DNA of 64,000 nucleotides from Stegostoma tigrinum (taxonomy: Eukaryota), in contig NC_081396.1 in assembly GCF_030684315.1 (NCBI RefSeq), positions 9,539,628 through 9,603,627 on the forward strand. The letters are read 5' to 3'. The position numbers were made by a program, and so were the translations under genes. Positions 12,098-24,182 of this stretch are shown here, one piece after another. The notes beneath the pieces are model-generated. The model worked only from the letters and a program-made list of their open reading frames with translations. It was not told the origin of the DNA and ran no database searches. Within the stretch, counting starts at the first letter, position 1. Every line of letters starts with the position of its first letter.

Positions 12098-12293
12098 TTG
12101 CCAGACGCTCAAAACAACATAATGCACCAAGAGGATGGCAATGCTTTCCGTAGGAATCGTGATGAAATTAAGCAGCATTTTTTAAAAATGTGTATTTTAC
12201 AATATGATCCGAGGTTTGTGGTAAAAAATATACCCTGGTTCTGTAACTTAAAAGATATATTTTTCACGTCATTTGCACGGGCTGCACATGATT
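12098..12293 (+). pseudogene. Partial copy of gene A exon 2 (TM4-ECL2) inside gene A intron
   Basis: Colinear with 14543-14739 (ttgccagacgctcaaaa...aaaatataccctggttctgtaac.taaaagatatatttttcacgtca), with TGT>TAA stop and an indel. Confidence 0.9.
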
Positions 12294-12489
12294 CCGACAG
12301 AAGCATTGTCATCGTTATGTTTTGATGCATCACTGGTTATGTACCAGGGTTTCTGTTCCCAGAATCTATTACTCAAGCCTTAAGCGTGGTTCTCCACAAT
12401 TCCATTCGCTGTTGATAAAGGTTCTTTAATGACTGATTTCTGTTTTTTTCCTTTCTCTCGCCACCCAGAAATGCTTAGCCATCATCGAT

Positions 12490-13385
12490 ACGAATTTTGG
12501 TCACGTTATGGACAGTGTGGAGGGCTGTTCTAGGGCAAAAAGGGACATTGATAGGATGCGGAGCTGGACTGAGAAGTGGCAGATGGATTTTAACCCTGAA
12601 AAGTGTGAGGCAATTCATTTTGGAAGGACAAACTTGAAAACAGAATACAAGGTTAATGGAAAGATTCCTGGCAGTGTGGATGAGCAGGGAGATCTTGGGG
12701 TTCACGTTCACAGTTCCCTGAGTGCTGCCACACAGGTGGATAGAATTGTCAAGAAGGCGTATGGTGTGTTAGCTTTCATTGACAAAGGGATTGAGTTCAA
12801 TTGCCCTGAAGTTGTGCTCCAGATCTACGAAAGCCTGGTCCGGCCACATCTGGAGTATTGTGCCCAGTTCTGGTCACCTCATTACAGGAAAGATTTGGAA
12901 GCTTTGGAAAAGGTGCAAAGGAGGTTTACCAGGATGTTGACTGGAATGGAGGGAAGGTCGTGCGAGGAAAGGTTGAGACAGCTGGGGCTTTTCTCTTTAG
13001 AACAATGAAGGATAAGAGGCGACTTGGTAGATGTGTACAAAATGATCAGAGGTATAGATAGAATAGGCAGCAACAGACATTTTCCTCGGGTGGAGGTAGC
13101 TCGTACGAGGGGGCATAGTTTCAAAGTGAGTGGAGGGAGAAAAAGGGGAGACGTCAGAGCTAGGTTTTTTACTCAGAGAGTAGTAGGGGCGCAGAATGCA
13201 TTGCCGCAGAGGGTAATGGATTCGATCTCATTGGTGGCGTTTAACTGGCTATTGGATAGCCATATGCATGATAGAAGAAGGTAGGGGTGGAGGTTAGATA
13301 GACATTAGATTTAGGGTAAAATTTCGGCACAACAACTTGGGCCGAAGGGCCTGTACTGTGCAGTACTGTTCCATGTTCTATATTC
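12490..13385 (+). mobile_element. CR1/HER1-like LINE 3' portion
   Basis: ORF 12508-13008 WQMDFNPEKCEAIHFGR...[20 protein letters not shown], then 3' UTR with tgttccatgttcta tail. Confidence 0.95.
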
Positions 13386-14118
13386 CATCTTCGTCACATT
13401 CTCCACATTGAGTTAAATCCTACAAATCGTAGCATTGCCCATAACTTCTGTCCACATACTGTTGCTTCCAATGTCCACTCAACAGTGAAGTTAATTGCTA
13501 ATCCAGACAGTGCAGCACCTCTCATTTGACTTCATTGCAAAAGCACTTTTCGCTGTCAGCACCTCGCCGTCTGCTGTTGTAGTCTGTCCACTCGACACCT
13601 ACCAATCCCAATTTATTGTTCGGTGCTGTGGCTCACATTTACAACTGAGCTCTACCTGACATGTCCTTACCAGCTCGAAGGTAAAAAGACATTGTCATTT
13701 TGCACTCATCTTGATCTGAATATTTTTTGAGCATCTTCACTGCTGAAATTTCCAATAATGAATCATTTTACAATAGTTTGGTGCATGCAATCACTTTGGA
13801 GGTGCAGCCGGACATATTCAATTTGCATGTTGATTTACTTGCTTATTGTCGGTTATCCTGTGTTTAGTTATTCGATACCTTTTTTTTGCAACGTTCTGCA
13901 ATGCTCCCAAGTCAGCTTTGTCTTCTTCGCTGTGAGAAGTCATTGATTTTGCATTATACTGACATTTACTTGGTGTACTTTCTCACCTGGAAGCCACTTT
14001 CTCATCTGGATCAGTAATTTTAGATAGCCTATGCATAATTTACACTTGAGTTTTACGACATGAAACCTTCAAATTCACAAGGATTCCATTAAATAAAAGT
14101 GACTTCTTTTGGGGGCAA

Positions 14119-14284
14119 NNNNNNNNNNNNNNNNNNNNNNNNNNNNNNNNNNNNNNNNNNNNNNNNNNNNNNNNNNNNNNNNNNNNNNNNNNNNNNNNNN
14201 NNNNNNNNNNNNNNNNNNNNNNNNNNNNNNNNNNNNNNNNNNNNNNNNNNNNNNNNNNNNNNNNNNNNNNNNNNNNNNNNNNNN
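14119..14284. other. Assembly gap (166 N) hiding gene A splice acceptor and ~10 coding nt
   Basis: Run of N. The reading frame resumes as VIVIQSPKRCG, matching gene B exon 2 just after its acceptor. Confidence 0.95.
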
Positions 14285-15200
14285 CGTTATTGTGATCCAG
14301 TCTCCAAAAAGGTGCGGTATTTCAGAATTTATCTCTTATTACCTAGTGTCAATGGAGGTGTCAGATCTGCTGGTCATTGTGACAGCTGTCATATTAAACC
14401 GCATTGCTGGGATTTACTTCCCGTCTAGTTTTCTCTCCCTCACACCAGTGTGCATTGTGCGTTCTGCGTTAAATTATGGATTTATTGATAGCTCTGCCTG
14501 GATAACAGTCGCTTTCACTGTTGATCGATTTGTAGCCATTTCTTGCCAGACGCTCAAAATAACATGTTGCACCAAGAGGACGGAAATGCGTTCTGTAGGA
14601 ATCGTGATCACATTAGGCTGTGTAAAAAATATATTTGTGTATTTTACATATGAACCAAGGTACGTGGTAGAAAATATACCCTGGTTCTGTAACCTAAAAG
14701 ATATATTTTTCACGTCAGTTGCATGGGCTGCTTATGACTGGGTTTGTTCAATTGTTCAATTTGTTCAATCCACTTGTCTCCCATTCATTCTGATTTTACT
14801 GCTCAATGCTCTGACCGTCAGGTACATTCTAGTGGCTAATAGAGCCCGCAGGAGACTCCGGACCCAGAACAATGGAAAGTATCAGAGTGATGCAGAGATG
14901 GAGAAGCGGAGAAAGTCAATCATTTTGCTATCTGCTATTTCAGGCAGTTTCATTCTGTTCAATGCACTCTACTTCATAACAATCCTGTACGTCCGCATCG
15001 GGAATCTTACTTATGCCTCGGATTCCGACTTTAACAATCTCTCTTTTGTTCTCAATGAAAATGCATTTATGCATCAGTTTTTGAGTTCCTGCGTCAACAC
15101 ATTTATATATGCTGGAACTCTGAATAAGTTCAGAGCCGAGTTAAAGAACGGGGTAGAGTATCCATGGAGACTTTTTCCTCAACTTAAATTCAAGTTTTGA
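14285..15200 (+). CDS. GPR139-like GPCR gene A, coding exon 2 (open, but possibly decaying)
   Basis: 304 visible codons: TM2 VSDLL, TM3 FTVDRFVAI, ECL2 PWFC, TM5 CLPFILILLLNALTV, TM6 KSIILLSAISGSFIL, TM7 SSCVNTFIY, stop at 15198-15200. Confidence 0.88.
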
Positions 15201-15269
15201 AAGCAGGAAGGAGAGAGATAACATAGTGCTATTCTCAATACACTCGTAATCCAGCATTTCAGCCTAATA

Positions 15270-15405
15270 TTAAGAAACAGGCCCTTTGACCCAACAAGTC
15301 CACACCGACCCTCAGAGTTTCTCACCCAGACCTATTCCTCTATAACCCACCTAATCTACACATCTGAACACCATGGGCAATTCAGCATAGGCGATCCACC
15401 TGGCG
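15270..15405 (-). mobile_element. HE1-like SINE 3' fragment
   Basis: gaaacaggccctttgacccaacaagtccacaccgacc...gggcaattcagcatagg. Confidence 0.75.
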
Positions 15406-15666
15406 AGTTCATCAGTTGATGCCTGGCTATTCTGTCAAACTGGTCTTCACTGTATTATATAAATGCGACAAATTAGTTTTCAGTTCGACAAGCCCCTCAT
15501 TACGAGGGAGTCGCAGTCGCCAATTTGACACTATTACCTTAGCTATCGGGTTCTTGTCGCATTGATTTCATGTCCCACCTACTCCAGAGGTCATCGGCTT
15601 AGACATAGATCCCCACCTACTCCAGATGCGTACAGTAAGATTTATAAACAGGTTGATTGGAAAATA

Positions 15667-15866
15667 AGAGATAACAAGGTGTGGAGCTGGATGAACACAG
15701 CAGGCCAAGCAGCATCGTAGGAGCAGGAAGGCTGACGTTTCGTGCCAAGACACTTCATCGGAAAATCTGATTTTCTGAAAATGGGTCTAGGCCCGAAACA
15801 TCAGCTTTCCTGCTCCTCTGATGCTGCTCGGCCTGCTGTGTTCATCCAGCTCTGCACCTTGCTGTC
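15667..15866. mobile_element. Inverted dimer of hammerhead-bearing Penelope-derived element
   Basis: ~95-nt arms ataacaaggtgtggagctggatgaacacagcaggcc... / ...ggcctgctgtgttcatccagctctgcaccttg, with two degenerate hammerhead cores back to back at the centre. Confidence 0.85.
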
Positions 15867-15939
15867 TGTGAATGTATGTTGCCTGTTTATGCCGAAATGT
15901 GAGTGCGCATCTCGTTACTTTGTCAGTGCGCTTGACACA

Positions 15940-17460
15940 GTCAAAGTATTCTTCTGACGCAGTCCTCTTTCATTTTCTCCACCCTCTCATTATGTTGTTT
16001 CAGATCTCCTCATTGAAAAGAGGGGAACGTGAAAGCTTGGATTTCTGTCAAAATTAAACCATCAAAAGTTATACGAAGTATCACTGAATTAGCAATTGCT
16101 AACCTTCGCTGGAGCAGTAAACAACATTGTCACGGCCAGTCAGGAATGGGGATGTGTTCCGTGCTTCGGTTAATAGAGTTGTTTGTATCTCTGTATATAA
16201 AATAAAGAACAAAGTGTCCTAACCCTCTCCTTGGCAGTAAGTGGATTCATTCAAAGACATTGTGAAACGTCAGGAAGCCCTCAGCGAACCTATAGAAGAT
16301 TTAAAGGAGCTCGTGTTTCTTTTTTGATTTGCTATGATTTTAAGTTTTGTTGCCTGTCATTTGTGTGTGTGTGTGGAACGTGGGACAAGAGATGATTTAA
16401 CTGTAAAACATATCACAACTCAACGCACCTTTATCTGTATCTGGATCAAGCAAAGCGATTTGGCTGCACAGATTCCACAGGTGCCACCTTCTCGAGATCG
16501 GCCCTCTCTTTGAAGTGTGGTGACCCTCTGGTTAAATCACCACTAGTGTTCTCTCTCTAATGAGAGATATTTCTCAGGTGAGAGGAGAAAATTCAAAGGA
16601 ACTCTTTTTTACCAGAAGGTGATTCGTACATGGATTGAGCTGCCAGAGGAAGTTGCAGATGAAGATAAATTTGCAACATTTGAAAAACATTTGGACAGGT
16701 ACAGGAACAACGAAGGTTGAGCTGGTTGTGGGCCAAATGAAGACAAGTGGGACTCGTCTAATTTGGGAAACATTTTCGGCATGGACAAGTTGCACTGAAG
16801 GGTCTGTTTCTGTGCTGTGCGATTCTTTGAGAGATGGTCCACTCGGTCTACAATGATTTGAACTTTTTTTAAAAATATAACCTATATGTTTTCCTTTCCC
16901 TGAATCTGCATTTTTCTCCAATTTGATGCATACTTTCGTGACTACAGTCCCATGACATGTCTTTACCTTCAAAACACCTTTAAAGGTCCTGAGGTAGTTA
17001 ATAAACGATATTTGTGCATAGGTTGGTCTGTAAGTTATTGGAAATAAAACGAGAGATGTAATTGTGAAATGTATTCGCATCTTTCAGCCTCTACCTATGT
17101 CTAAGTGTGAGGTCTCTGTTTCACTCTGCAGCCTGTCAGCCTGGAAGTCTTATCAACTTTGTTTTCCTCTGATGCTGATTGTTTACTTCTGATTGAATGT
17201 GATCTGGGATAAAACCTCTGGTAACTATAATAAAATCAGGATTGTTTCCAATTTGCTCCTTGCTGCGATATTTCCAACAAGCAATCATGATGGTGCAAGG
17301 GATGAACATACCTCAAAATAATGAAAAAAACAAACTGAAATAAATTACTAACTGGAATGGGTTCTTTTCACTGGTAGACAAAGTGTTTATATTTTGAGCT
17401 GATTCTTTTGATTCTGATGCTTTTGGGCAGAATAGATATTGAGAAATCTTCTGTCGAAAA
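15940..17460 (+). repeat. Diverged low-copy block, inverted paralogue of 41470-42400
   Basis: Colinear matches, e.g. 16453 aagcgatttggctgcacagattccaca and 17229 aataaaatcaggattgtttccaatttgctccttgctgcgatatttcca, versus the reverse complement of ~41855-41880 and ~41635-41682. Interrupted by inserts at ~16480-17100. Confidence 0.75.
16569..16827 (+). mobile_element. CR1 3' fragment nested in an older repeat, 8-bp TSD
   Basis: aggtgagaggagaaaattcaaagg...gggtctgtttctgtgctgtgcgattct, flanked by TGAGAGAT at 16561-16568 and 16828-16835. Confidence 0.75.
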
Positions 17461-17479
17461 CCAGAGAGCAAAGATTTCA

Positions 17480-17742
17480 CATCATTTACAAAGAAGACCT
17501 AAGAGGTAACTTTTCCATGCAAAAATGTGTTTTATGTCTGGAATGATCTGGCAGAGATAAAGGCTGGTACAGTTACAATATTTACAGGGCATCTAGGTCG
17601 ATATATGAATAAGAAGGATTTAGAGGGCCATGGGCCAAATGCTGGCAAATAGGACTAGATTAGTTCAGGATATCTGTTCGGCATGGACAAGTTGGATCAA
17701 AGAGTATGTTACTGCTCTGTAGAACTCTATGACTCTATGATC
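17480..17742 (+). mobile_element. CR1 3' fragment
   Basis: gacctaagaggtaacttttcc...gggccaaatgctggcaaat...(actctatg)2 tail. Confidence 0.8.
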
Positions 17743-19444
17743 TCTTGTAGATGTACGTTATTAAAATTTGTAAACCTAAAGTGTATAATCTATGAATAAA
17801 AGGGAGTCTCACAATGTCCTGTATAACTGAAGATTGACCTCCGTGCTCCTGCATACATCGAACTTTGTAATAATGCATAAAATTCTCTGAGCTTTGCTGA
17901 CTACTTGCTGTACTTACATGCCAGCCTGCTGTGATCCATGCACTCAGACACCAGATCCCTCTGCATCTGAGAGTTACAGGCCTCTCGTCATTTATTTAAT
18001 GCGCAGCTTTTTTTAAAAAAACTTATTACTGTCAAAATGATCAATTTGTCTGCTCATTGATCACTCACTAAAATGCGTGTAAGGTATTTGACTCACTGGC
18101 CTGTAGTTTCCTGCTTTTGGCCTCCCACTTTGTGGATAAATAAGTTAAATAAGCTTTTTTCCAATAGAAAAAAATCTTGCCCAAATCTAATCTGTTGACG
18201 AAAATTAAAGCCAATGCGTTAACTACCTCACTCGCTATTTCTGTCACAATCCTAGAATGAAATCTCTCAGGACCTGCCGGCTTGTCAACTTGCTGTTCCA
18301 ACAATTTACTCAAAATTACTTCTAATTCATTGTAATTTACCTGATTTCCTCCCTCCCTCCCTTCTAATTCCTGGCTTGAGTTTATTGACAAGATGCTACA
18401 CGCATTGTTTACAAAGAAACCAACATAAAATATCTGTACAATTCTTCTGCCATCTCCTTAACCTCCATAATTACTTTCCCAGGTTTGTTTTTCCAAGACC
18501 AACACCTACTTTGTTAATTCGTCTCTATTAAAAAAAAATCCGAAGAATCAATTCCTGTCTATTTTAACATTTTTGCACTAAATTTCTTTTGCTCAGTAAT
18601 TTTCTCTCCTGATTAATCTTTCAATAATTCTTTGCTTTTTTTGGAAGGATATAGGGTCCTCAGTGGTTTGCAGAGGAAATTTCCCAAAATGTTCCAGAAA
18701 ACCTGAAGTGAATTTAGTTACTACGGATGGTTTAGAGAAGCTCGGGTTGAGAGAACATTTGATCAAGTTGTGCAGGATTTTAACATTTTTAGATAAGGTA
18801 GGCAATTAAAAAGCTGCTTCTAACTCACAGTATAAATACATATTCCATACAATGTTTAGCAAAAGCAGTTTAAGATTTGGGAAATGAGGTAGATGGTCAA
18901 ACGTTTTTGATAAACCTATGATTCGTAAAATACAAAAGACATTAACCAATGAGGGTGATGAAAGTGCAGGTGATCAATGATTGATGAATAAAATTACATC
19001 AGGACATGAGGAAAGCATTTGCAGGACTTTGTGGATAGAGCAGTGAGTGTGACAGACCTGAGAATTATAGAGAGCCAGCTTGTTGGTCTGAGCAGACTCT
19101 TTTGATGACATACTGAATACCTGTTGCAGTTTTTTAACCTTTTCTGTCAACTCAATCCCTGGAGTTGAGGCATCATTCGAGTAAATCTGTTTTGTGCACC
19201 CTATAATGTCTGCCCTTCCTTGGGTAGGATCACCCAGAGTTGAACACATACTTGAGAGTGGTCAAACCAGGATTTTGAATACCTTGGTGCACTTAAGGTC
19301 ACACCAAATCTGAAATCCTTTTCCAGACACAGACGAGACAAGTCATTTTGTATTCCCATGAACGAAGGCAGATGATTACAGGCACTTGTGAACGGATTGA
19401 CGCTGTCAGATCTTGACGAGAGGTTTGTTTTGAGCTTCTTGTTT

Positions 19445-19810
19445 GGAGACGCAATGGCCTAATGGTATTATCGCTAGACTGATCGTTCAGAGAACCAGAT
19501 AATGTTCTGGGGACCTGGGTTTGAATCCTGCCATGACAGATGGTGGAATTTGAATTCAAGAAATATCTGGAATTATGAAAGAGTCTAATGAGACCATGAA
19601 TCCATTGTCCATTGTCCTTTGACAGGAAAACCCATCTGGCTTACTAATGTCCTTTCGGGAAGGAAATCGCTATCCTCACCTAGTCTGGCCTACATTTAAC
19701 TCCAGACCCACAGTAATGCAGTTGACTCTTAACTGCCCTCTGGGCAATTAGAGATGGGCAATAAATGCTGCCTGTCAGCGACACCTTCGTCCTGTGAATG
19801 AATAAAACAA
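19445..19810 (+). mobile_element. SacSINE/DeuSINE-like tRNA-derived SINE, near full length
   Basis: A-box-like tggcctaatgg, B-box-like ggtttgaatcc, central gggcaattagagatgggcaataaatgctg, tail gaatgaataaaa. Confidence 0.75.
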
Positions 19811-19859
19811 AGAAAAGCCTAAATGTATTCTAATCCTACATTCTAATTTCCTGCAAAAG

Positions 19860-20560
19860 TAGCAAGAAAATACAAGGGAGTACTCAATCAATGGGAGGAC
19901 ACTATGGAAGTTCAGAAGAATGTAAGGATGCACCGGGACATGTTAATAAGGTAAAGGCATACAGGCCATTGTCATTATTATTTGTGGCATAGATTATAAG
20001 AGCAGGGAGGATAGGTTGAAGCTATATGAAATTTTGGTCAGGCTACAGGTGGAGTACTGCGTGCAGTCATGGTCACCACACTGTAGGAAAGATACAATTT
20101 CACTGGAGGAAGTCAAAGGAGATTCACCAGGATGTTGCCCGACTTAGAGCACTTTACCTATGATTAGAGGCTAAACAGGCTTGGGTTGTTTTGTTTGGAA
20201 CGGATAAGTCTGAGCAGGGGACAGTTGGAGGTGTATAACATTCTGAGGAGCATTGGCAGGGTAGACAGTAAGCAAGAAATTTCCCTGAATTTTAGGACAA
20301 AAGGGGGCATCATTTTAAGATGAAGCATTTAGAGGAATATAAGGAAATAATATTTCATGCAGAGAGTTTTGGGAAACTGCAATGCACTGCCCAGGATTGT
20401 CATCAAGTCAAGAAACTTCACAAACTTTGAAATGTATGTGGACAATGACTTGAAATGTCATGACATTCAGGGCTATGAAAATGGAAAGTGGGATTAGTGT
20501 ACATGGGATGGGGCAGAATGGATGGACTGATGGGCATATTTACTACTGTATGACTCAATG
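19860..20560 (+). mobile_element. CR1 3' portion, degenerate
   Basis: ggtcaggctacaggtggagtactgcgtgcagtcatggtcaccacactgtaggaaagat ([20 protein letters not shown]-like). actgtatgactc tail. Confidence 0.85.
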
Positions 20561-20769
20561 AATTTCTCTCTCTGATTAAAAGTGTTTTTCAATTTTTTCA
20601 GTGCTCGCCTGGGATAAAAACTCAGAACAAACAAACATTTCTAATCATTTCCATTTATAGAATCATAAAGTTATGCAATGCAGAACAGCCCCTGGTGGTC
20701 CATCAATTGTATACCAACGCAAGTAACCTGAATCAAAACCAGTCCCACTTTATTGCATGAGAATGCTCC

Positions 20770-21050
20770 TCCCACCCTGATGGAGGACAGGAAAGAGATA
20801 GAGAGCTCAGTGGCAGGGTTGTGAAGACAAGAATCTCTCTGTTCATGTCAGAAAAAATCTTGTCATTGGCTTCAGGAAGTGGAGTGGAGGGCATTACTCT
20901 GTCTGCATCAGTGATGCTGAGATGGTCGAGAGTGTCAAGCTCCTGGGAGTGATGATCACCAACAATCTGTCCCGTTCCACCTACATTGACGTGACAGTCT
21001 ACAACCTCAGGAGGTTAAGGATGTTCGAACTGTCCACAAGGGCCCTTGCC
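20770..21050 (+). mobile_element. Other non-LTR RT C-terminal fragment (Rex-Babar/L2-like)
   Basis: ORF VESVKLLGVMITNNLSRSTYID..YNLRRLRMF. Confidence 0.6.
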
Positions 21051-21629
21051 AGAGAAAGCAGATCTGATTCGAACATTTCTTATAAACATTCTGTCTTGCC
21101 TAGCGCATGCCCTGCACAATGTAACTTCTATGCCTCTGTCCGAGTTTTATTTTCACCCTGTGATCTGTACGTCCTTGCTTACTGTGATCTGCCTGCACTG
21201 CTCACAAACAAAGCTTTGCGCTGGACTTATATACGTGTAACAATAAATCAAATCAAATCGATTCAAATAGTATGGCAACCACTCTTTGCAAGACTGCAAG
21301 AAACCGGAGAGAGCTGTGAACACAGCACAATCCATCACACGAATCAGAGATAGCAAGATCTGCCGATACTGGAGTCAGAGATAATACAGTTTGCAACTGC
21401 AGGTACACAGCAGGCCAGGCAGTATCAGAGGAGGGACAAAGTTGATGTTTCAGGTCGGGACAAATCAGTCTGTATTCTGCTTTCTGTTCGGTATAGCATG
21501 CAAAACAACACATTCCACTGTGTCTCGATACACGTGACAAGAATAAACAAATTCAAACTGAAACGAAGCAGTTTTCAAAATCCCTCACTGTCAGACTAAG
21601 ATAAAAATTCAGAAGGTACAAACAATTAA

Positions 21630-21905
21630 GGTGAGAGGTGAAAGATTTAAAAGGGACCTGAAGGGCAACTTTTTCATTCAGAGGGTGGGTCGAGATGGAA
21701 TGAGCTGTCAGAGGAAATGGTGGAAGCTGGTTCAGTTAAAACATGCAAAAGGCACTTGGATGGATACATAAATAAGGAATGGTTTAGAGGAATATGGGCC
21801 AAATACTGGAAAATGGTACTTTATGGTCCATGATATCTTGTTAGCATGGAGGCGTTGGACCGAAGGGCCTGTTTCCGTGCTGTGCAACTGTATGACGCTC
21901 TGACT
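21630..21905 (+). mobile_element. CR1 3' fragment
   Basis: aaggtgagaggtgaaagatttaaaagggacctgaagggcaac...gaccgaagggcctgtttccgtgctg. Confidence 0.85.
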
Positions 21906-22409
21906 CTAATTCTTAGTTGGAGCTCGTTCTGGGTATCTCCTCCTCATCCAACACACGACCTACCACCACCCACCCTCTACCCTACCAATCCCTCCCCTGC
22001 ACCTTCTAGGTGGTGAACTTCTGTCAAAGTTCTGGTCAAGTTAAAAATGGACGAAATCCTTTGCCTTGATCTCCTGCCTTTCTCATTCCTCTCATGGAGG
22101 TCAGAGTCTTGTCCAGATCCAGGCTGGGTGGCAGGTTCTCTTCCCTGAAGGATATTAGTGACCCACTTGGGTGTTTGAGACAATCCAGCAACTTTCGTTG
22201 CCTCTTTTACCGAGTGCAAGCCCCACCAGATTCATTTAGTTTGATTTCGCAATCTGCCTCTGTGTTTTTGCGGGTTTACTCTTCATTTTCTCTTCTGCCT
22301 TAAAACAGATTCAAAGGGTTTTAGAAGGGGGTGATTTGCAGACAGGAAACTGAAATCTAACATCACAACAGGATCAGATGAAGTCACTAAATTTACTGTA
22401 ATCTGAATA

Positions 22410-22880
22410 GAGTCATAGATTGATACAGCATAGAAACAGGTCCTTCAGCCCAAACTGGCCCATGCTGGCCATAGTGTCTACTCAGCCTGTTCCAATTGCC
22501 TGTATTTGGTCCATATCTGGCTGAACTCTTCCCATCCATTTACCTATCCAAATGTGTTTTTTCTTAAAATATTGCTATTGTGCCTGCCTCAACTACTTTC
22601 TCTGGCAGCCCATTTCATATACTCACTACTCTCTGTGAGAAGAATTTGCCCCTAAGGGCCTTCTTAAATCTATCTCCTTTCACCTTAAGCCGATCTCCTC
22701 GAGTTTTCAATTTCCGATTCCTGGCGGGGGGATGGGGGGGGGGTGGTTAAAAAACACCATATGCATTCATACTATCTCTGCCCTTCATGATTTTATACAC
22801 CTCAGTGAGGTCACTCCTCAGTCTCCTACATTCCAAGGAATAAAGTCCTGGTCAACCTCTCCCTGTAACGCAGGCTTATT
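22410..22880 (-). mobile_element. CR1 3' fragment
   Basis: agagtcatagattgatacagcatagaaacaggtccttc tail and RT C-terminal sequence on the minus strand. Confidence 0.8.
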
Positions 22881-24000
22881 AGAACATAGAACATAGAACA
22901 AGGAAAAGTACAGCGCAGTCTAGGCCCTTCGGTCACGATGTTGTGCCGTTGAATAATCCTCATCCAAAAATAAAATAACCTAACCTACATTCCCCTCAAT
23001 TCATTGCTGTCCATGTGCATATCCAGCAGTCGCTAAAATGTCACTAATGACTCTGCTTCCACGGCTACCACTGGTAAACTATTCCATGCGCTCACAACTC
23101 TCTGGGTGAAGAACCTCCCTCTGACATCTCCTCTATACCTTCCTTCTAACATGTTAAAACTATGACCCCTCGTGGCAGTCAATCCTGCCCTGGGGAAAAG
23201 TCTCTGACTATCGACTCTATCCATGCCTCTCATTACCTTGTGCACCTCGATCAGGTCACCTCTCTTCCTGCTTCTCTCCAGAGAGTAAAGTCCGAGCTCA
23301 GTCAACCTCTCCACGTAAGACAAGCCCTCCAGTCCAGGCAGCATCCTGGTAAACCTCCGTTGCACCCTCTCCAAAGCCTCCACATCTTTCTGAGAATAGG
23401 GCGACCTATATTCCTATGGACACAATATTCCAAGTGTGGTCTCACCAGGGTTTTGTAGAGCTGCAGCATAACCTCGCGGCTCTTAAACTCGACCCCCCTG
23501 TTAATGAAAGCCAAAACACCATCTGCTTTCTTAACAACCTTATCCACCTGGGTGGCAACTTTGAGGGAGCTATGCACTTGAACACCAAGATCCCGCTGTT
23601 CCTCCACACTGCCGAGAATCCTGCCTTTAATCCTATATTCAGCATTTAAGTTTGAGCTTCGAAATGCATCACTTCGCATTTATCCAGGTTGAATTCCATC
23701 TGCCATTTCTCAGCCCAGCTCTGCATTCTGTCAATGTCTCGCTGAAGCCCTCGATACTATCAACTGCACCTCCAACCTTTGTGTCATCAACAAACATACT
23801 AACCCACCTCTCAGCCTCCTCAGCCAAGTCATTTATAAAAACTACGAAGAGCAGAGGCCCAAGAACAGAGCCCTGCGGGACACCACTCAGCACTGACCTC
23901 CAGGCAAAATACTTACCATCTACAACCACTCTCTGCCTCCTGTCAGCCAATCAATTCTGAATCCAGACAGCCAAATCACCCTGTATCCCATACCTCCTGA
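22881..24000 (-). mobile_element. Relatively young CR1/HER1 LINE, 5'-truncated (~1.1 kb)
   Basis: Minus ORFs RQRVVVDGKYFAWRSVLSGVPQGSVLGPLLFVVFINDL...[17 protein letters not shown] and MEALERVQRRFTRMLPGL. (agaacat)n tail at 22881-22900. Confidence 0.95.
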
Positions 24001-24071
24001 ATTTATGAATGAGCTGTTGGGTGTTCGAAACAGCAATGCACCTGTCACTTTTGCAGCAAAATGCTTCAGTT

Positions 24072-24112
24072 GTCTCTCTCTTTCCCTCCTGTCTCTCGGT
24101 CTCTCCCTCTGC

Positions 24113-24180
<68 letters not shown>
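24072..24180. repeat. (CT)n microsatellite
   Basis: Pure TC run ~24119-24180 preceded by an imperfect CT tract. Confidence 0.95.
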
Positions 24181-24182
<2 letters not shown>

